Positions 29,597 to 44,300 of a stretch of DNA of 64,000 nt are shown here, in pieces. The position numbers and the translations under genes were made by a program. Each line of letters starts with the position of its first letter. Within the stretch, counting starts at the first letter, position 1. The notes beneath the pieces are model-generated. The model had not been told where the DNA came from. It did no database searches and was given only the letters and a program-made list of their open reading frames with translations. Source of the DNA: Sphyrna mokarran (lineage: Eukaryota); assembly GCA_024679065.1 (NCBI GenBank), contig JAGIQG010000009.1:89590001-89654000 (forward strand), written 5' to 3'.

Positions 29597-30547
29597 CTTC
29601 ATGAATCCTTGCAGTCTGTCTCGTAAATGTTGTGCAAGCATCAGTGAACATTACCCACTTTTGACCTTGTGATGCAAGGAAGATCATTGAAAATGGTTGG
29701 GTCTAGGTCACGACTCTGAGGAACTCCAACCACCACAACTATCTTCTTTTGTGCCAATTATGACTCCAACCAGCAGAGAGTTACCCCCCTGATGCCCATA
29801 GACTCCAGTTTTGCTGGGGCTCCTTGAGGCCCCTTTATATGAAGAGCAATCACTCTCATCTCTGAAATTCTGCTGTTTTGTCCATGTTTGAACCAAGGCT
29901 GCAATGAGTTCAGGAGCTGAGTGACCCTTGAGAAGCCCAAACCAAGCATCATGTTGTTGCTGTGCTTCTCTTAGGTAACCAAATAAACTTAAAGCAACAA
30001 ATTGAGGATAAATTGAAAAGCAGCCCCTTGAAGAGATATTGCATCAAAATAACAGAATCTCAAAAAAACTTAAAACATCAAAATAAAATGAAGGGGTCAA
30101 TAAGACATGACACGGAAGATCTTGATGCTGTGAGCAGACACTGCATACTCCCTTCCCAGGGAGAGGGGCAGGTAGTTCGAATGGATAACCCCTATAACCG
30201 CCCATTGTTTGGACTGATGAATGGCTAGCTGGCTTGATCCCAGAGCAAGTCCATGAGGATGTTCCCCTCTCTTCCTGAATCCTTCTCTGCACCAACTGTC
30301 TGAAAATCAGGAGCGTGGGACTGAAGTGCAACCAAAAAATAAAGTAACAGATTTTTCAGAAAACTGCAAAGCGGGGGGCTAGGTTGGATTTGTCCTGCTT
30401 TTTATGGACCTGGTCAATTTTCCACATTCTTCCATATCCTGGGTAGATGCCAGTGCTGTAACTGTACTGGAACAGCCTGGCTAGGGACATGTTTAGTTTT
30501 GGAGCACAAGGCTTTAGTACTATTGCTGGAATATTGTCAAGCTCATT

Positions 30548-30810
30548 AGAATAGAATAGAATCCATGCAGTGCAGAAAGAGGCCATTTGGCCCATGGAGT
30601 CTGCACTGACCACAATCCCGCTCAGGCCCTACCCCCATATCCCTACATATTTATCCGCTAATCCCTCTAACCTACGCATCTCAGGACACTAAGGGGCAAT
30701 TTTAGCATGGCCAATCAGCCTATCCAGCACATCTTTGGACTGCGGGAAGAAACCGGAGCGCCTGGATGAAACCCATGCAGACACAAGGAGAATATGCAAA
30801 CTCCACAGAG
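30548..30810 (-). mobile_element. HE1-type SINE fragment
   Basis: Tail agaatagaatagaatcc..gaggccatttggccc and core taaggggcaattttagcatggccaatc..gcaaactccaca. Confidence 0.7.
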
Positions 30811-33800
30811 ATTTTGCAGTGTCTGTGCCTTCAGCTATTTCTTGATATGGAATGAATGAAATTAGCATCTATGCTGCTTGGAACCTTATGAGGAAGCCAC
30901 GGTGAATCATCCAATTAACACTTCTAACTGAAAATGGTTGTAAATGTCTTTTACACTGATGGGCCGGGTTCCTCCATCATCAAGGTTGCGGAATGTTTGT
31001 TTCATCTATCACTCTCTCTATAGCAGGAAGTAGCTCCCTCCAGATAGATACACAAGTCCAGAACAAAGAATACTCTGAGAAACAAGTTCCATCTGTATTT
31101 CTTCTTTAATGGGTTTTAATTGTGATGCAGTTTTATAATATTTGGACCATTATTGCTTGTAAGAGATTGATAAATATAGTTATGGCTACTTATTGATTGG
31201 TACCAAACCAAAAAAGAAACAGGTCAGAATTCTTTTGTTCTGCCCTGTCACCGCTTTCAGTGAGAACAGAAAATTTGGTACTCAGTCAAATCTCCATTCA
31301 TTGCAGCAGGACTGGAGAGTCTCAGCTGCAAGTGAGGTCAGAGAATTCCAGTCAAGAATTCATATCCATTCAGAAACTGAATTGGATGCTTGGTGAACTA
31401 ATTACATACCAATTGCTTTCATAACTACTTGCTGTACCTGCATCTGTTGGAATTTACTCTGCAGGTTTACTCTCAGCCAGTTTGGCCACATTATGACCAC
31501 ACCTTTATCAAGTCCTGGAGTGGGACTCGAACTCAGAACTTCTGGCTCAGGATCAGGGAAACTATCCACTGCACCTCACAATCTCCCCAGTGCATTTATC
31601 CGGATGCATATTATTTTAGCCACAGCCAAGTTTCTAATATAACTTGAAATGTTTGTGGTGAACTAGAATTGCTGCCAATAGTCTGATTCAATCTGAAAAT
31701 GTTTCTTGGGTTCCTCAAGGGATAAGACATTCTGTAGGGAAATATAATTAGTTTTTGTATGAGGATAGTATGTGGGCATAGATGCCATTGTGTTACCTTA
31801 TGGCTCATGCCACTTGTCAGATGTGGCTGCTCTGCAATTCAAACTTGACAAAATCCTAGTATTAATCTGTGATGTTGAAACATCAAAATCAGAAATGGGA
31901 GAAGTATTTTATGACCACATACGTAAAGTACATCATTGGCTGCTGAGCACTTTGAGATGTCCTGGTGGTCACGCTGTGCTGCGTAAATGCAAGTGTCTTT
32001 CTTTTAATATTCAGAGAAATGTTCTCCCACCACATGACTATGCTACACTTCTTTCAAAATATACTTCATTCATAACATCTAGAAAGATCCCATAGTGTCA
32101 CATTTGATCAATTTTATTTAGATTAGGAGGAGGTGCCATATTTCATGTCAAACATTCTCTGATACAGACATTCTGAGGAACTTTAGACAACTTGAAAGAG
32201 CAGATGGTGAAATTTGAATTCCATAAATATCTGGAATTAAAAGTTGATATTGTCATAAAAATCCCATTTATTTCATCAATGCCCTTTAGAGAAGGGTAAA
32301 CTTACGTGGTCTAAACCACATATGATATTGAATGACAGAGCAGACTTGATAAGCTAAGTGGCTCACTTCTGCCATTATGTCTTTTGATCTTATGGAATCC
32401 AGGTCCACAGTAATGTGGTCAACTCTGAAATGCATCCGAAACGACTGAACAAACTACTCAGTTCAAGGACAATTAGAGATCTGCACAGCCTATGAATAAA
32501 TAAACAAAAAAAAAGTCCCTTTAAGTCTGGGATAAATCTATGACAGATGTCATACAGGGCAATCCATCAAGAATCAGGCTGGGCAGGATTTCACTACCAG
32601 TCCACACCAGTTCTTGGGATATGGAGTCCAGATGATAGGTCAAGGCTGAGCCTGTGTCTAATTACGTCATCTTGCGAGATATCCTGGCTGGAATTTTCCA
32701 ACCTCGCCTGCAGCTGGAACTCTCTAGTCCCACTGCAGTGAATGGAGATTTGACTGGATGCCAAAATTTTCCATTCTCACTGGTAAACGGTAATGATGTA
32801 TGAAACCTGTTTCTCTTTGGTTTTCACCAATAAGCAGCCATTTATTATCAAATTTCTTACAACAACAGCATTTGCTGATATAGATCACAACTGTCAGTTA
32901 TTAGTCAGCAGCCTCAGCCTGTTTCTATACACAGGGTCTGTGCAAATATGCAGTCTACAATTTAAACCTAGTTAAACTATGGCTATCCTAAAAGCCCAGG
33001 TAACTTGAAGATTTAAAATATATATATTGTCAAAGGCAGAAATGAATCTTTACAACATATCGGCAAATTAGTCTGTAACAAGAATTAATTGACTAATCCA
33101 TGATGTTTTTATCCAATAGCTCAGAAACCCAACTCTTCTCACATCAGATGACATTGATTTCATACCCGTTCATAACAGGATACATCTGTCCAAAACTGTT
33201 TCGTATACAACAGTTTAGATTATATTTGGTACACATCCTTTCACCATGTGGTAATTTGCATACAGCAAATTATACTCATACATGCATTTTTGCTAAATAC
33301 TTGTTACTAAGAATTAAGAAGCAGCAGCTTATTTTTGCAGTATCTCATCTACAAGTTCTGTTTAAACCAGAGCACAGGACAAAAGGAGAGATTTCATTGA
33401 GTGTTTTTCCAAATGGTGAAGTTATTTAAATTTCTCCTGCTTGAGCAATTATTGACAAGAGGCAAACAATTTGAAATGATCACGGTGATTGGGAGAGAGG
33501 TTAGGTGAATTTCTTTAGTTGTTTGAACAGTGTCTATATTTCAAAAGTGTACTTCATTAGTCAAAAAAGCACTGTGGACCTTCAGGCACTGACCTTTCTT
33601 TTCGGGATTCCAGCGTTTCCAATTTTTCTTTTCGTCTTGTTTTTTACTATTTATGCTCTTTTTTAATTAAAAAAAATTGCTGGCTAAAACTGCTCTACCT
33701 GTGAATTCTCACAGGGAGTGGAGATGCAAAGAGAATCATTTATTTTAAAGGGGAAATCAGACCAGTATTTGAGACAGTGGCAGAGATTGGTTAGTCAGAT

Positions 33801-34504
33801 GACAAGGTTCACAGAAGCTGTCAATGGTGGGTCAGAGTTCAGACACTAAGACCTGGATTTCTGCTACCACGACAGGTTTCCCGAGTGGGGAGATTTCCGA
33901 ACACCTCCAAGCCCCACGATGCATCAGTTTAAGACCCTGACTTCAAATTCAAGTTCAATCTCTGTCACTTACATCTATAGTACAACTATCTCCCATTCTC
34001 CAGCTGTCACCCCATTTGTTACTATGTCAAACAGATCCACTGTCTCGCTCAGCAGCCGGCAAGATCCTAAAGCTTGTTGCTCACCAGACCTCTTTCCCCT
34101 GATAACATTCATTCCTGCCCTTGCTGCCAAGAATATTAAACTTTCACAATCAATGCCCCACTTCTGGAATCTCCTACTCTGTCTGCCAGCATACTGATCA
34201 TCCAGTGGGCCAGAACTATTGTAATTTTGATTGATGAGCTGAAGGGGAGTGAATTCTGCAGCAGATCAGGGACCTTCAAGAGAACACAAGGCTCCCAGGA
34301 GATTCTTGGTAACCCATCACTGCAGGACCAGGGGAGACAAGTTTAGAGAACAATTGATTGATACTGCTCTCTGGAAAGGGTCATAGACAGCAGTTAGTGA
34401 GACAAATTGGAACACAAAACAGAGCTGAAGAGCTTTTATGTTCCCCTTGTGGTTTTTAATAGACAAGTTTATCTCAGTGAAGGGAAGGAGCAGTAATGTT
34501 TTGG

Positions 34505-34750
34505 GCCTATCCACATAACCCCTTTACCCTATTTACCCTAGCTAGTCCCCCTGACACTAAATGGCAATTTAGCATGGCGAATCCACCTAACTTGCACATC
34601 TTTAAACTGGAGGAGGAAACTGGAGCACCCGGATGAAACCCACGCAGACACTGGGAGAATGTGCCAACTCCAACAGACAGTGACCCAAGCTGGGAATCGA
34701 ACCCGGGTCCCTGGCACTATGAGGCAGCAGTGCTAATCACTGTGCCACCC
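34505..34750 (-). mobile_element. HE1-type SINE
   Basis: gggaatcgaacccgggtccctggcactatgaggcagcagtgctaatcactgtgccacc (reverse-complement tRNA-like head). Confidence 0.8.
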
Positions 34751-35125
34751 CAATATTGATGGATCTCCAATGCAGTAACCAAGGCTGATCAATTCCAGAT
34801 TGGAGTTATTCACTTCATTGCTGGAACTTGTGTCTTTTAGACACCATTGGATTTTATGACCTCTTTTGTCCCTTAACCTTAAAATCCCAGCCAAGTTCAA
34901 CATCCCTTCCCATTATCTGCCCCTTGCCTGCTCTGATTCCCATAGAGGGTGGGCAGTAAAATTCTGATTTGTATCATGGATTTCCACTCTCACCGAGTGA
35001 GAACTCATGACAAATGTCAAGGTGCAAAAGCAGTGAGTTTCTGATAAAACGCAATTCTGTCTCTCCCCAAGTCCACAGATCCTGGTTTGATGATGTTGTT
35101 AAACTCCAGTGAGTGACTCCATATC

Positions 35126-35160
35126 TCAGGCCTGGGAAGATGATTCCCCACTACCAGCAC
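35126..35160 (-). CDS. MHC class I exon 7, cytoplasmic (RAGSGESSSQA*)
   Basis: Acceptor ttttcatttcatag; Ser-rich tail; TGA stop. Confidence 0.7.
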
Positions 35161-35242
35161 CTATGAAATGAAAAGTTTCTGTTAAATGTTTTACAACATG
35201 GGGAATGTCCTCTACAAAGATATACAGAGAGAGGTAGAGGCA

Positions 35243-35310
<68 letters not shown>

Positions 35311-38300
35311 AAGACACACAACACATCGAAAAAGAAAGACGCCAATGGAGACAGATAGACACATTTCATCAAGGATAGACAGCACACTCTTACCAAGAGA
35401 GTCTGGCACTGTCTTACCAAGGCAGACAGGGGGATACTGACAGTGAGAAACAGTAATGCATCAGAACAGACAGACGCACAGCTTCATGTTTGTCTTGTTT
35501 ATTTACTTACGATTTGCTGAACTATAAGCAATTTTTTTCTCTACTCCTACAAGGGACAGAAACACAAACAAATCTTTCATTACAAACAGCTCCTTCATCC
35601 TGTCCAGTCCCTTCATTCATTCATTACTGCTCATCACCACAGCCCCACTCCCCCAATCCACAAACTCACCAGGCAAAGTTTCTAAATTATTTGAAGCTAA
35701 CATAACTGAGAGTTTCCTACCTGCTCTCTTCCACACAATTGCACAAATGACAATGGTAATCACTGCAACAACAGCAACAATAATTCCAACATCCAAACCA
35801 AAATATGTTTCTCGTCTAGTTTCTGGAATAACTCTGAACTTCCCATCTGTGAGGAGAATGAGAAAATAATCAATGAATAAACACACCCACTATTCATTCA
35901 CAAACTATTGTATTAAAGCTGCATCTGATATTGAGTTAGAATCTGTGATGTGATGGACAGTCTGACCAAAAAACACAAACATATGAATTAGAAGTAGGAT
36001 TAGGCTTCTCGGCCCCTTAAGTCTCCTCTGCCATTCAGTAAGAACTTGGCTGGTCTGACTCTGGCTTTAACTCCATATTCACGCCTACTCCTATACATCC
36101 CTACTGTTTCCAGTAGCTTAGCAATCCTCTGTCTGTTTGTTCCAACTGCACCATGAGCTCTTATTTTGTATAGTAGCCTTTGATGTGGCACCTTGTTAAA
36201 TTCCTTTTGGAAGTCTAAATGCAGCACATCCATAGGTTCCCCTTTATCCACATTGTTTGTTACTTCTTCAAAAGCTCCTAATAAACGAGTCAAGCTTGTT
36301 CCTTCTTTAACAATTCCATGTTGATTCTGCCTGATTGCATTAAGATTTTCTAACTTCCCTGCTATAACATGCTTATTAATAGAATCCAGCATTTTCTTGA
36401 TCTAACTGGCCTACAGCTTCCTGCATTCTGTCTCTTTTCTTTCTTGAATAGAGGAGTTCACATTCAGTATTTTCCCATCTAAAGGGACCTTTCTGGAATT
36501 CTTGGAATTTTGGAAAATTAGGTAGAATGGCTCAGTGTGTCTGGGATGACACTCCTGTGAAACTCTTTGGGATGTTTATCTATATCAAAGTGCTAAATAA
36601 ATTGAGCATGTTGTTCACTTGCAGATATTGGAACTATGTGTCGTTCAAAAGTCCTTTCAAATCACCTACACAAAAGTGATTGATCCTCAAATAGACTCAG
36701 AATAGCCTTGTGGAAATATAGTGATGGGAAGTAAGAGATTTCTAGATAAAGAGAAGGTGAGATTATTGATCACAGATACTATTCCAATTCTGGAAAGGGC
36801 AATGCACTGGCAGATTCAAAGGCAGTGTAACTGGAGAGAATTAAGGGAGTGATTTCATAGCTGGGTATAAACTTTGATCAACAAATGGTGGGGAGGAGAT
36901 TGAGGAGAGATTTTAAAGCAGATTACAGAAAGAAACCAGAACTATAGAGTGCTGATGAGGGACCTATCTAAATACAGACTGGGATAGTGTGAAGAAAAAG
37001 GTGGAATGAGGAGAATTTCCTTAAATTTATACAGGAGAACTGCCTTGACTAGCAAGACAGAAATCAATATTGGAGTTCTTGATAATGAAGTTGGACAAAA
37101 TACGGCACCATTTAGAAAACAGTAATCAAAACATTAGGTTGCTTCCAATTTCCACCCCCCTCTCATCTCCAACATTTCCCTTCTCTTCCTTGACCTCTGA
37201 CCAGCAATATTCATTGCAGTCCCACCAGATCCCAATTACAGCTTTTCCGTAAGGATTCTATCCCATTCCCCCCTCATCTTTCAATTAGGTATATTATAGT
37301 CCTCAGAACTCAACAACTTTCAACTGTGATCTTTCCCGTCATCTTGACTTTTTAAAAACTATATCCCAAACACTTTTTGTCTCAATGGAAAAACTCCCCT
37401 TTCTCTCACCCACTGGACCATCTGTCACTTGTTCTTTATTTTTGCTTTCACTGAGCATTTATTTTCCCATTAACAATTCTGACATCTGCTACTACTACTA
37501 GCACTTTTTTCTGCTGTTAATGTTTCTCTGTCTTGTGACTACACGTCTTTGTTGGTATTGTTCCTCGCTCCCACCAATCACTGACTCATTACTCTGTTCC
37601 AGCTGATCCATCCCCTCTTATACATTATATAATCCATCACATTTCTCCCTCTCTTTCGCTCTGAAGAAGATTCATATTCTCCACAGACGATGTCGGGCCT
37701 GCTGAGCTTTTCCCACATATTCTGTTTTTGTTCTAGATTCTAGGGTTTGCAATATCTTGCTTTTTAGGTTTGGAGTGGAGATGGAAAAGAACAAGCAAAA
37801 ATGAAAATAATCACCCAGAGAAGAGCTAATTTGAAAATTAGTCAGATTGAAAAGGGATCTGACCCAGGTAAATTAGTTTTCTAAACATTAAAAGTAGGCA
37901 AGGAGGGATTGGGCTGGTTAGGGACTACAAACTAAACCATCATCGGGAAATATAGAGCCTGGCTGAGGTATCAATGAGTATTTTGCATTTGTTTTCATTA
38001 AAGAGGAGGCTGCCAATGACACAGTAAAGGAGAAGGTTGGCAAGACAAAGTACCAGACATTGAAGTTCTCTCTAGAGCAAGTCTACCATCAGTCCACACA
38101 CTGATGAGAGCACAGACCCGGTGGGCAAGTCATGTCATCTGTATGTCAGACGAGCGCAAACCCAAGCAGTTCCTTTTTGGGGAACTCTCTGCTGGAAGAC
38201 TCTCGCATGGAGGGCAGAAGAAACATTTTAAAGACCCACTCAAGGCCTCCCTGAAGTCACTTGACATTGATATGACCACCTGGGAAATGCTAGCATAAAA

Positions 38301-41300
38301 CCACTTTACCTGGTGCTGCCTCATCCACAGAGGCTGTCAAGCTCATGAAGAAAGGTGTATTGCTGAAACACAACTTAAGTGCGAGCTGCACAAGTCCAAA
38401 GCCAGCAGCGCAACAACTACAGCATCTACACAAGTCTATCCAGCATGTGCCAGGACATTCCATGCTCGAATTGGCCTGATCAGTCATGTTCAGACACACC
38501 GCAACCAGTCTCAAAATGACTAATGGTGTTGAGGTCCTCATTGATGACGATGGATGAACAACAAAGGAGGAGGTTGTAGAGAAATTGAATAGGATAGAAG
38601 TAGATCAAGAGATGGAGCTGTAGTCAAGCTTCAATAGCACTAAAGTGGAAAAGTCACCAGAGCAAGATGGAGTGCATCTGAGCTTATTTGAGGAAATGAA
38701 GGCTGGAGATATCAGAGGTCTAGTCACTAGCTGCCAATCCTCCTTCATTATGCCAGAGGATGGCAGCATCACAGAAGAAGAGGGATAAACCTGGAAACTA
38801 TAAACCAGTCAGTTTGGAGAGGCAGTGATGCAGTGGTATTGTCACTAGACTAGTAATCCAGAGACCCAGAGGAACTTGGATGGCCTAGCATGCCTATTGA
38901 AACACAATCACTGACAGACACTGTCCCTGCATTCACTGTTCTTCTTACCCCAGTCTCTGGTCACCACTTCTGTTTCACTCTGTTCATACTGACAGGAATA
39001 GGTGGCTCCATCTTTAGGGGTGATCTGAGCCCATCTCCGCAATTGGTAGGTCCGATCGTGATTGGGCAGGACGCCAGTGGAATACGTGTCCATGATTGGC
39101 TCACCATTTCTCAGCAGAGTGACTTCAATATCAGGAGGGTAAAATCCTGAGACCAAACACAACATTTGGGCTGGTTTGGTGTGTGATGTCTTGTCCATAG
39201 AAAGAAATACTTGTGGAACAACTGAGAGAGTAAAACAGATCAGAGCCTAGTCAATGAGAGACCAAGAATAGTACATACCTTAAACTGGAGATTAGACTCC
39301 TGACTCCACGAAATTGTACAAACCCCTTTAAACTGGAGAATTTATATGCCACTTTAGATCAGTGATTAAATAACTGACTCTTAGTCTCCCCCCCTTACTC
39401 TCAACCCTCCCCACATCTTTCAATACCCCTCCCCTCCACCACCTCGCTCTCAATCCCACCACCACTCCAATCTCTCAACCCTCCTTCCCCCCACATTTCA
39501 ACCCCTTCTCCCTGTTACTCAGTACCGTATCTTTTAAGTCCCTCCCCTCCTCACTCACTGGGTTTCAGATCTTGCTCTCCCTGCTCCAGGTACTTTTTCA
39601 GCCACTCGATGCAGGTTGCCTCCAGGTAAGCCTTCCTCTGCTGATTTCTGGCCTTGTCCTGATCCCACTTGTTCTTGGTGATCACTCCCCAGGCTACTGG
39701 GGTGACCCATACCATGTGATCCTTGTCGAAGCTGATGTAATCATTCCCATCCCAGCCTTCCTGGTGAAATCCACTGATTTGTCCATCATCCCTGAGCTCA
39801 CAGCCGTGCGTCACCTGGACCGTGTGGATCCCTGTCAATCAAACACACACAGCCAATCAGAGCCAAGTCCATGCGCATTTATCTGTCAATCAGTAGAGAG
39901 AGGGCAGGGAGAGGATGTTACTTCTCAAGTTCTTTCAATCTCAAACCATTCCCAATGATTGGAAGGTAGCAAACCCTGCTGTTTAATAAATGAGGATGAG
40001 AGAAACTAGGAAACCATAGCATAACATTAACAAGAAATAAATGTTGAAATTTATTGTTAGGGACATGGTAACAGGCAACTTAGAGAACTTTAATATGATT
40101 AAATAGCATTACTGTGGATTAATGAAAGATAAATCATGCTTTTCAAATCTGTTAGAGGTTTCTAAAGATGTAATGAAAAAAGGGGAACCAGTGGATGTGG
40201 TGTACTTGAATTTTCAAAATGATTTCGATAATGTACATGCGCATGTACAAAATTATGAATTAGGAGCAGGAAGTAAGCCCTTTGAAACTGCTCCACCATT
40301 CAATAATATCCATAGCTGATATGATTGTAACCTGAATTTCACCTGCTGTCTACCTCCCTCCCCCCTGATAGTCTTTCACCCCTTTGCTTATCAATAATCT
40401 ATTCAGCTCTGCCTACAAACATTCAAAATTTCTGCTTCCACTGCCTTTTTGAGATACAGAGTTTCAAAGACTCACAACCCTCTAAGGGGGAGAAGGAGCC
40501 AGACAAGAAGTTATTAATCAAATTAGGATAGATGGGTTTGAGGATTGGTTAATAAACAGAAAACAGAGTTGGAACAAATATATCGTGTTCAAATTGGGAA
40601 TCTATGGCCAGCAGGACTTTAGGCTTCTGCTAGTTAGCCCCAAGAGCCCAAATATGCAAAGCAGCTACAAGGGGTAGCAACAAGTTGGGTGAATAGGCAA
40701 GAACATGACAGATGGAATACAGTGTGCAGAAGTGTGAAGTCACGCACTTTAGTCCAAAACACAAAATTATATTTTTTTAAGAATGGCAAGAGCTGAGAAA
40801 TGTTTGATTTAGCAGGGATTTGGATATCTATGAATATAGAATCATAAAATAGTTACAGCACATGAGAAGGCCATTTGTCCCACTGTGTCTGTGTCAGCTG
40901 TGGCAAAAATAATTTACTCATATCACTTCCCTCTAAGACCTTTTTCCCATAGCTCAGAATTTTCTCTTTAGATAATTGTCTAATTCCCTCTTAAATCCTG
41001 TTGTGCCTCCACCACACTATCAAACAATACATTACAGATCCTAACCACTCACTGTGTGAATCTGCCTCCACCACACTCACACTCTGTCCCAGATTCTAAC
41101 CACTAGCTGTGTGAATCTGCATCCAGCACACACTGATACAGTGCATTCCAGATCCTAACCACTCTTCGTGTGAAATGTTTTTCCTCCATTTCCATTGCTT
41201 CTTTTCCCAATTATAATAAATCTATTCTTCCAACAATGGGAAAAGTTTCTCCCTACCTCCTCATGAACTACATCTGGTAAGTTAGCATGTGTACAGCAAT

Positions 41301-44300
41301 TAAGAAAGCAAATGATATGTTGGCCTTTGTTAAAAAGGGGTTGAAGTATATGATTAAAGAAGCCTTATTGCAATGACATAGCTGACACCTGGGAGGCTGT
41401 GTACAGTTTTGGTCTCCTGTGGCACTGTGGGAGGCATGGTGGCACAGTGATTAGCACTGCTGCCTCACAACATCAGGGACAAGTGTTTGATTCCCAGCTT
41501 GGGTCACTGTCTATGTGGAGTCCGCACATTCTTCCTGTGTCTGTGTGGGTTTCCTCCAGGTGCTCTGATTTCCTCCCACAGTTCAAAAGACATTCTGGTT
41601 AGGTTCTTTGGCCATGCTAAATTCTGCCTCAGTGTCCCTGAACAGGTGCCAGAGTGTGATGACTTGGGGATTTTTCACAGTCATTAGTGTTATTGTAGGC
41701 CTACTTGTGACAATAATAAACTTTATCCAAAAAGGGATATACATGTCCTGAAGTGTACAAAGATTCACTAGACTGGTCCCTGAGATCAGATAAGTATGCT
41801 CTGAGGAGAAATTGAGTAGACTACACCTGATGTCTTAATGAAAGGTGACTTCATTGAAACATGTAAAATTTGGGAAGTGTGAATGTTCAAAGAGACCCAT
41901 GTATCCTTTCCATGGGTCACTAAAAGTTAGCATGCAGATGCAGCAAGCAATTAAAGTGAATTTTATGATGGCCTTAATTACATGATGATTAAAGTATAGA
42001 AGTAAAGATCTCTTAATACAGCTTTACAGGGTCTTGGTATGACCTCAGCTGGAGCACTGTGCAAGTTTGGGTCACCTTACCTAAGAAAGGTTATTCAGAA
42101 AGAATACAACTGAGGTTCATCAGACAGATCCCTGGGATTGCAGGATTGTCGAATAGAGAGAGATTGAGGAGACTGGGTCTGTATTCACTGGAGTTAAAAC
42201 TGAGAGATGACCTTACTGAAACGTGCAAAATCTTTTGGGGGGAAGGGAGGACTGAGAAGGAAGGGGGATGCCGAGAAGGAAGGGGGGGCTGAGAAGGAAG
42301 TGAGGGGCTGAGAAGGGAGGAGGGGTGCTGAGAAGGAAGAGGGAGATGAGAAGAACGGGGTGGGGGCCAAGAAACAAGGGAGGGGGAACGAGAAGGAAGG
42401 GGGGGCGAGAAGGAAGGGGAGGACAAGAAAAAAGAGGGGGCGGTTGCTGATGACACGGTAGATGTGAATAAGATGTTTTCTCTGGCTGGTGAGTTTAGTA
42501 TCAGAGAAAAAAATCTTAGACAGATTATTGAGAACTGAGGGGAGGAGAAGCAATTGCTTCATGTGATGGGGGTGAATCTTTGGAATTGCCCTACCCAAGA
42601 GGTCCATGATAAAGTTCAGGAGTCTAATTACATCAAATGAGATGGAGATAACCTCTGTTCCTAATTCGTAAAGGACTTGACAGGATTGTGACTGTAATAA
42701 ATAAACTTAATACAAGGATGGAGACTTGAGAAGTCACGTACTCCGGCTAGGGAACAGAGAACACGGGGACAAAAACAGAAAATGTTCGAAAACCTCAGCA
42801 GGTCTGACAGCATCTTTGGAGCTAGGGAGCAGAACCAATATTTCAAATCTGAATGACCCTTCGTCAGAAAACACGGAGACACACTTAGGATAAGATCTGC
42901 TGTTTAGAATGGAATTGAAGAGAAATTTCTTCACTCAAAGGATTTGTGAATCTTCGGAATTCTGTGCCCTGGATGTTCAGACCCTGGCAGTATTAATAAC
43001 AGATTAATAGATCTTGGGATACTAAGAGAATTAAGTGATGTTGGGCTGTGAGGCTGAGCTGGAGGATTAGCTAGGAACCTACTGAATAATGGAGAAGGCT
43101 CAACTTTATAATGTTCAAAATTATTGTAAGATACAGGGAGGTTAGGAACAGGGAGAGAGAGTGAAAGAGAGAGAGATATTGGTGGTGGTAGGGTTGGGTG
43201 GGTGGCACCGATAAACATTGGGGAGATAGAGTGACGCAGGGTGGAAGTTGGAGAGAGTGAAAGCTCACCGCCACTCTGGTTGGTGCGATTTAAGGCTGTC
43301 TGAATATTGGTCTGTCCAACGTGCTCGGAGCTCCTTAGGAACTGTGTCTGCTGCTCCCAGTATTCAGCGCTCTGACACTGTTCCATCCATTGCTGCCGTG
43401 GAACTAGTTTCCGAAGATCACTGTCGTAGTAATCAATCGGGATCTCGTCTACATAGCCAACAGCTACAAATTCGGGAAGGCCAGGAATTGGAGTCATCGC
43501 AGTGTAGAAATACCGGAGTGTGTGAGAGACTGAAACAGAGAGAGACAAATGATAGAATATGAACCCCACAAATGGCAAGAGACAGACATCAGAGCCCCTG
43601 TAAATAAACCCCAACACAACACAGAGCCCCAATTTCTTCAAATTAACTTATTTTTCAGCTGCAACTTCTTTGGTGGCATGTGACTCTACAGCAGATGCCA
43701 GACTGTTGTGTTGGGATGTATTTACAGGGGCACCAGTTCCAAAGCACTGTGTTGACTCTTAACTGCCCTCTGAGCCACTGAATTAAGGACAATTTGGAAT
43801 TGAATGTAGTGTTACAATTAATGATAGCCCAGACAGGGCCATATCAACCAATTAATAAAAAAAAATTACATTGAGTTGGTATGTATTTCGATGAGTTTAG
43901 AAGATAATAGGCATGTCCACTATGAGTCTCACCAGCTTTTACAAATACACTAGAGAAAAGCATTATTCCTGGTTGTATCACAGCTTGGTATGACTCCTGT
44001 TCTGTCCAAGATTGCAATAAACTACGAAGAGTTGTGAACAAAACCCAATCCATCATGAAAACCTGCCTCCCATCCATTGACACTGCCTACAATTCCTGTA
44101 GCCTCAGAAAACAACCAGCATAATCAAGCATGCACTCTGGCAATTCTCTTTTCCACCTTCTGTCTTTGGGAAAAAGAAACAAAAGTTTGAGGACAGGTAC
44201 CAATCAACTCAAGAACAGCTTCTTTCCTGCTGCCATCAGACTTTTGAATGGACCCACCTCGCATTAAGTTGATCTTTATCTACATTCTGGCTACGAACTG

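Noticed and set aside
41030-41175. Spaced ~55-60-bp repeats as a CRISPR-like array
   Set aside because: Degenerate tandem duplication of a LINE-derived segment in a vertebrate intron; no unique spacers or cas genes
42835-42870. Additional hammerhead-like core (minus strand CUGACGA..GAAA)
   Set aside because: Degenerate remnant of another Penelope-derived repeat; stems I and III could not be formed convincingly
42931-43641. 236-aa single-exon MHC-like ORF
   Set aside because: Only 43269-43529 is the alpha1 exon; the rest is intronic read-through bounded by good splice sites
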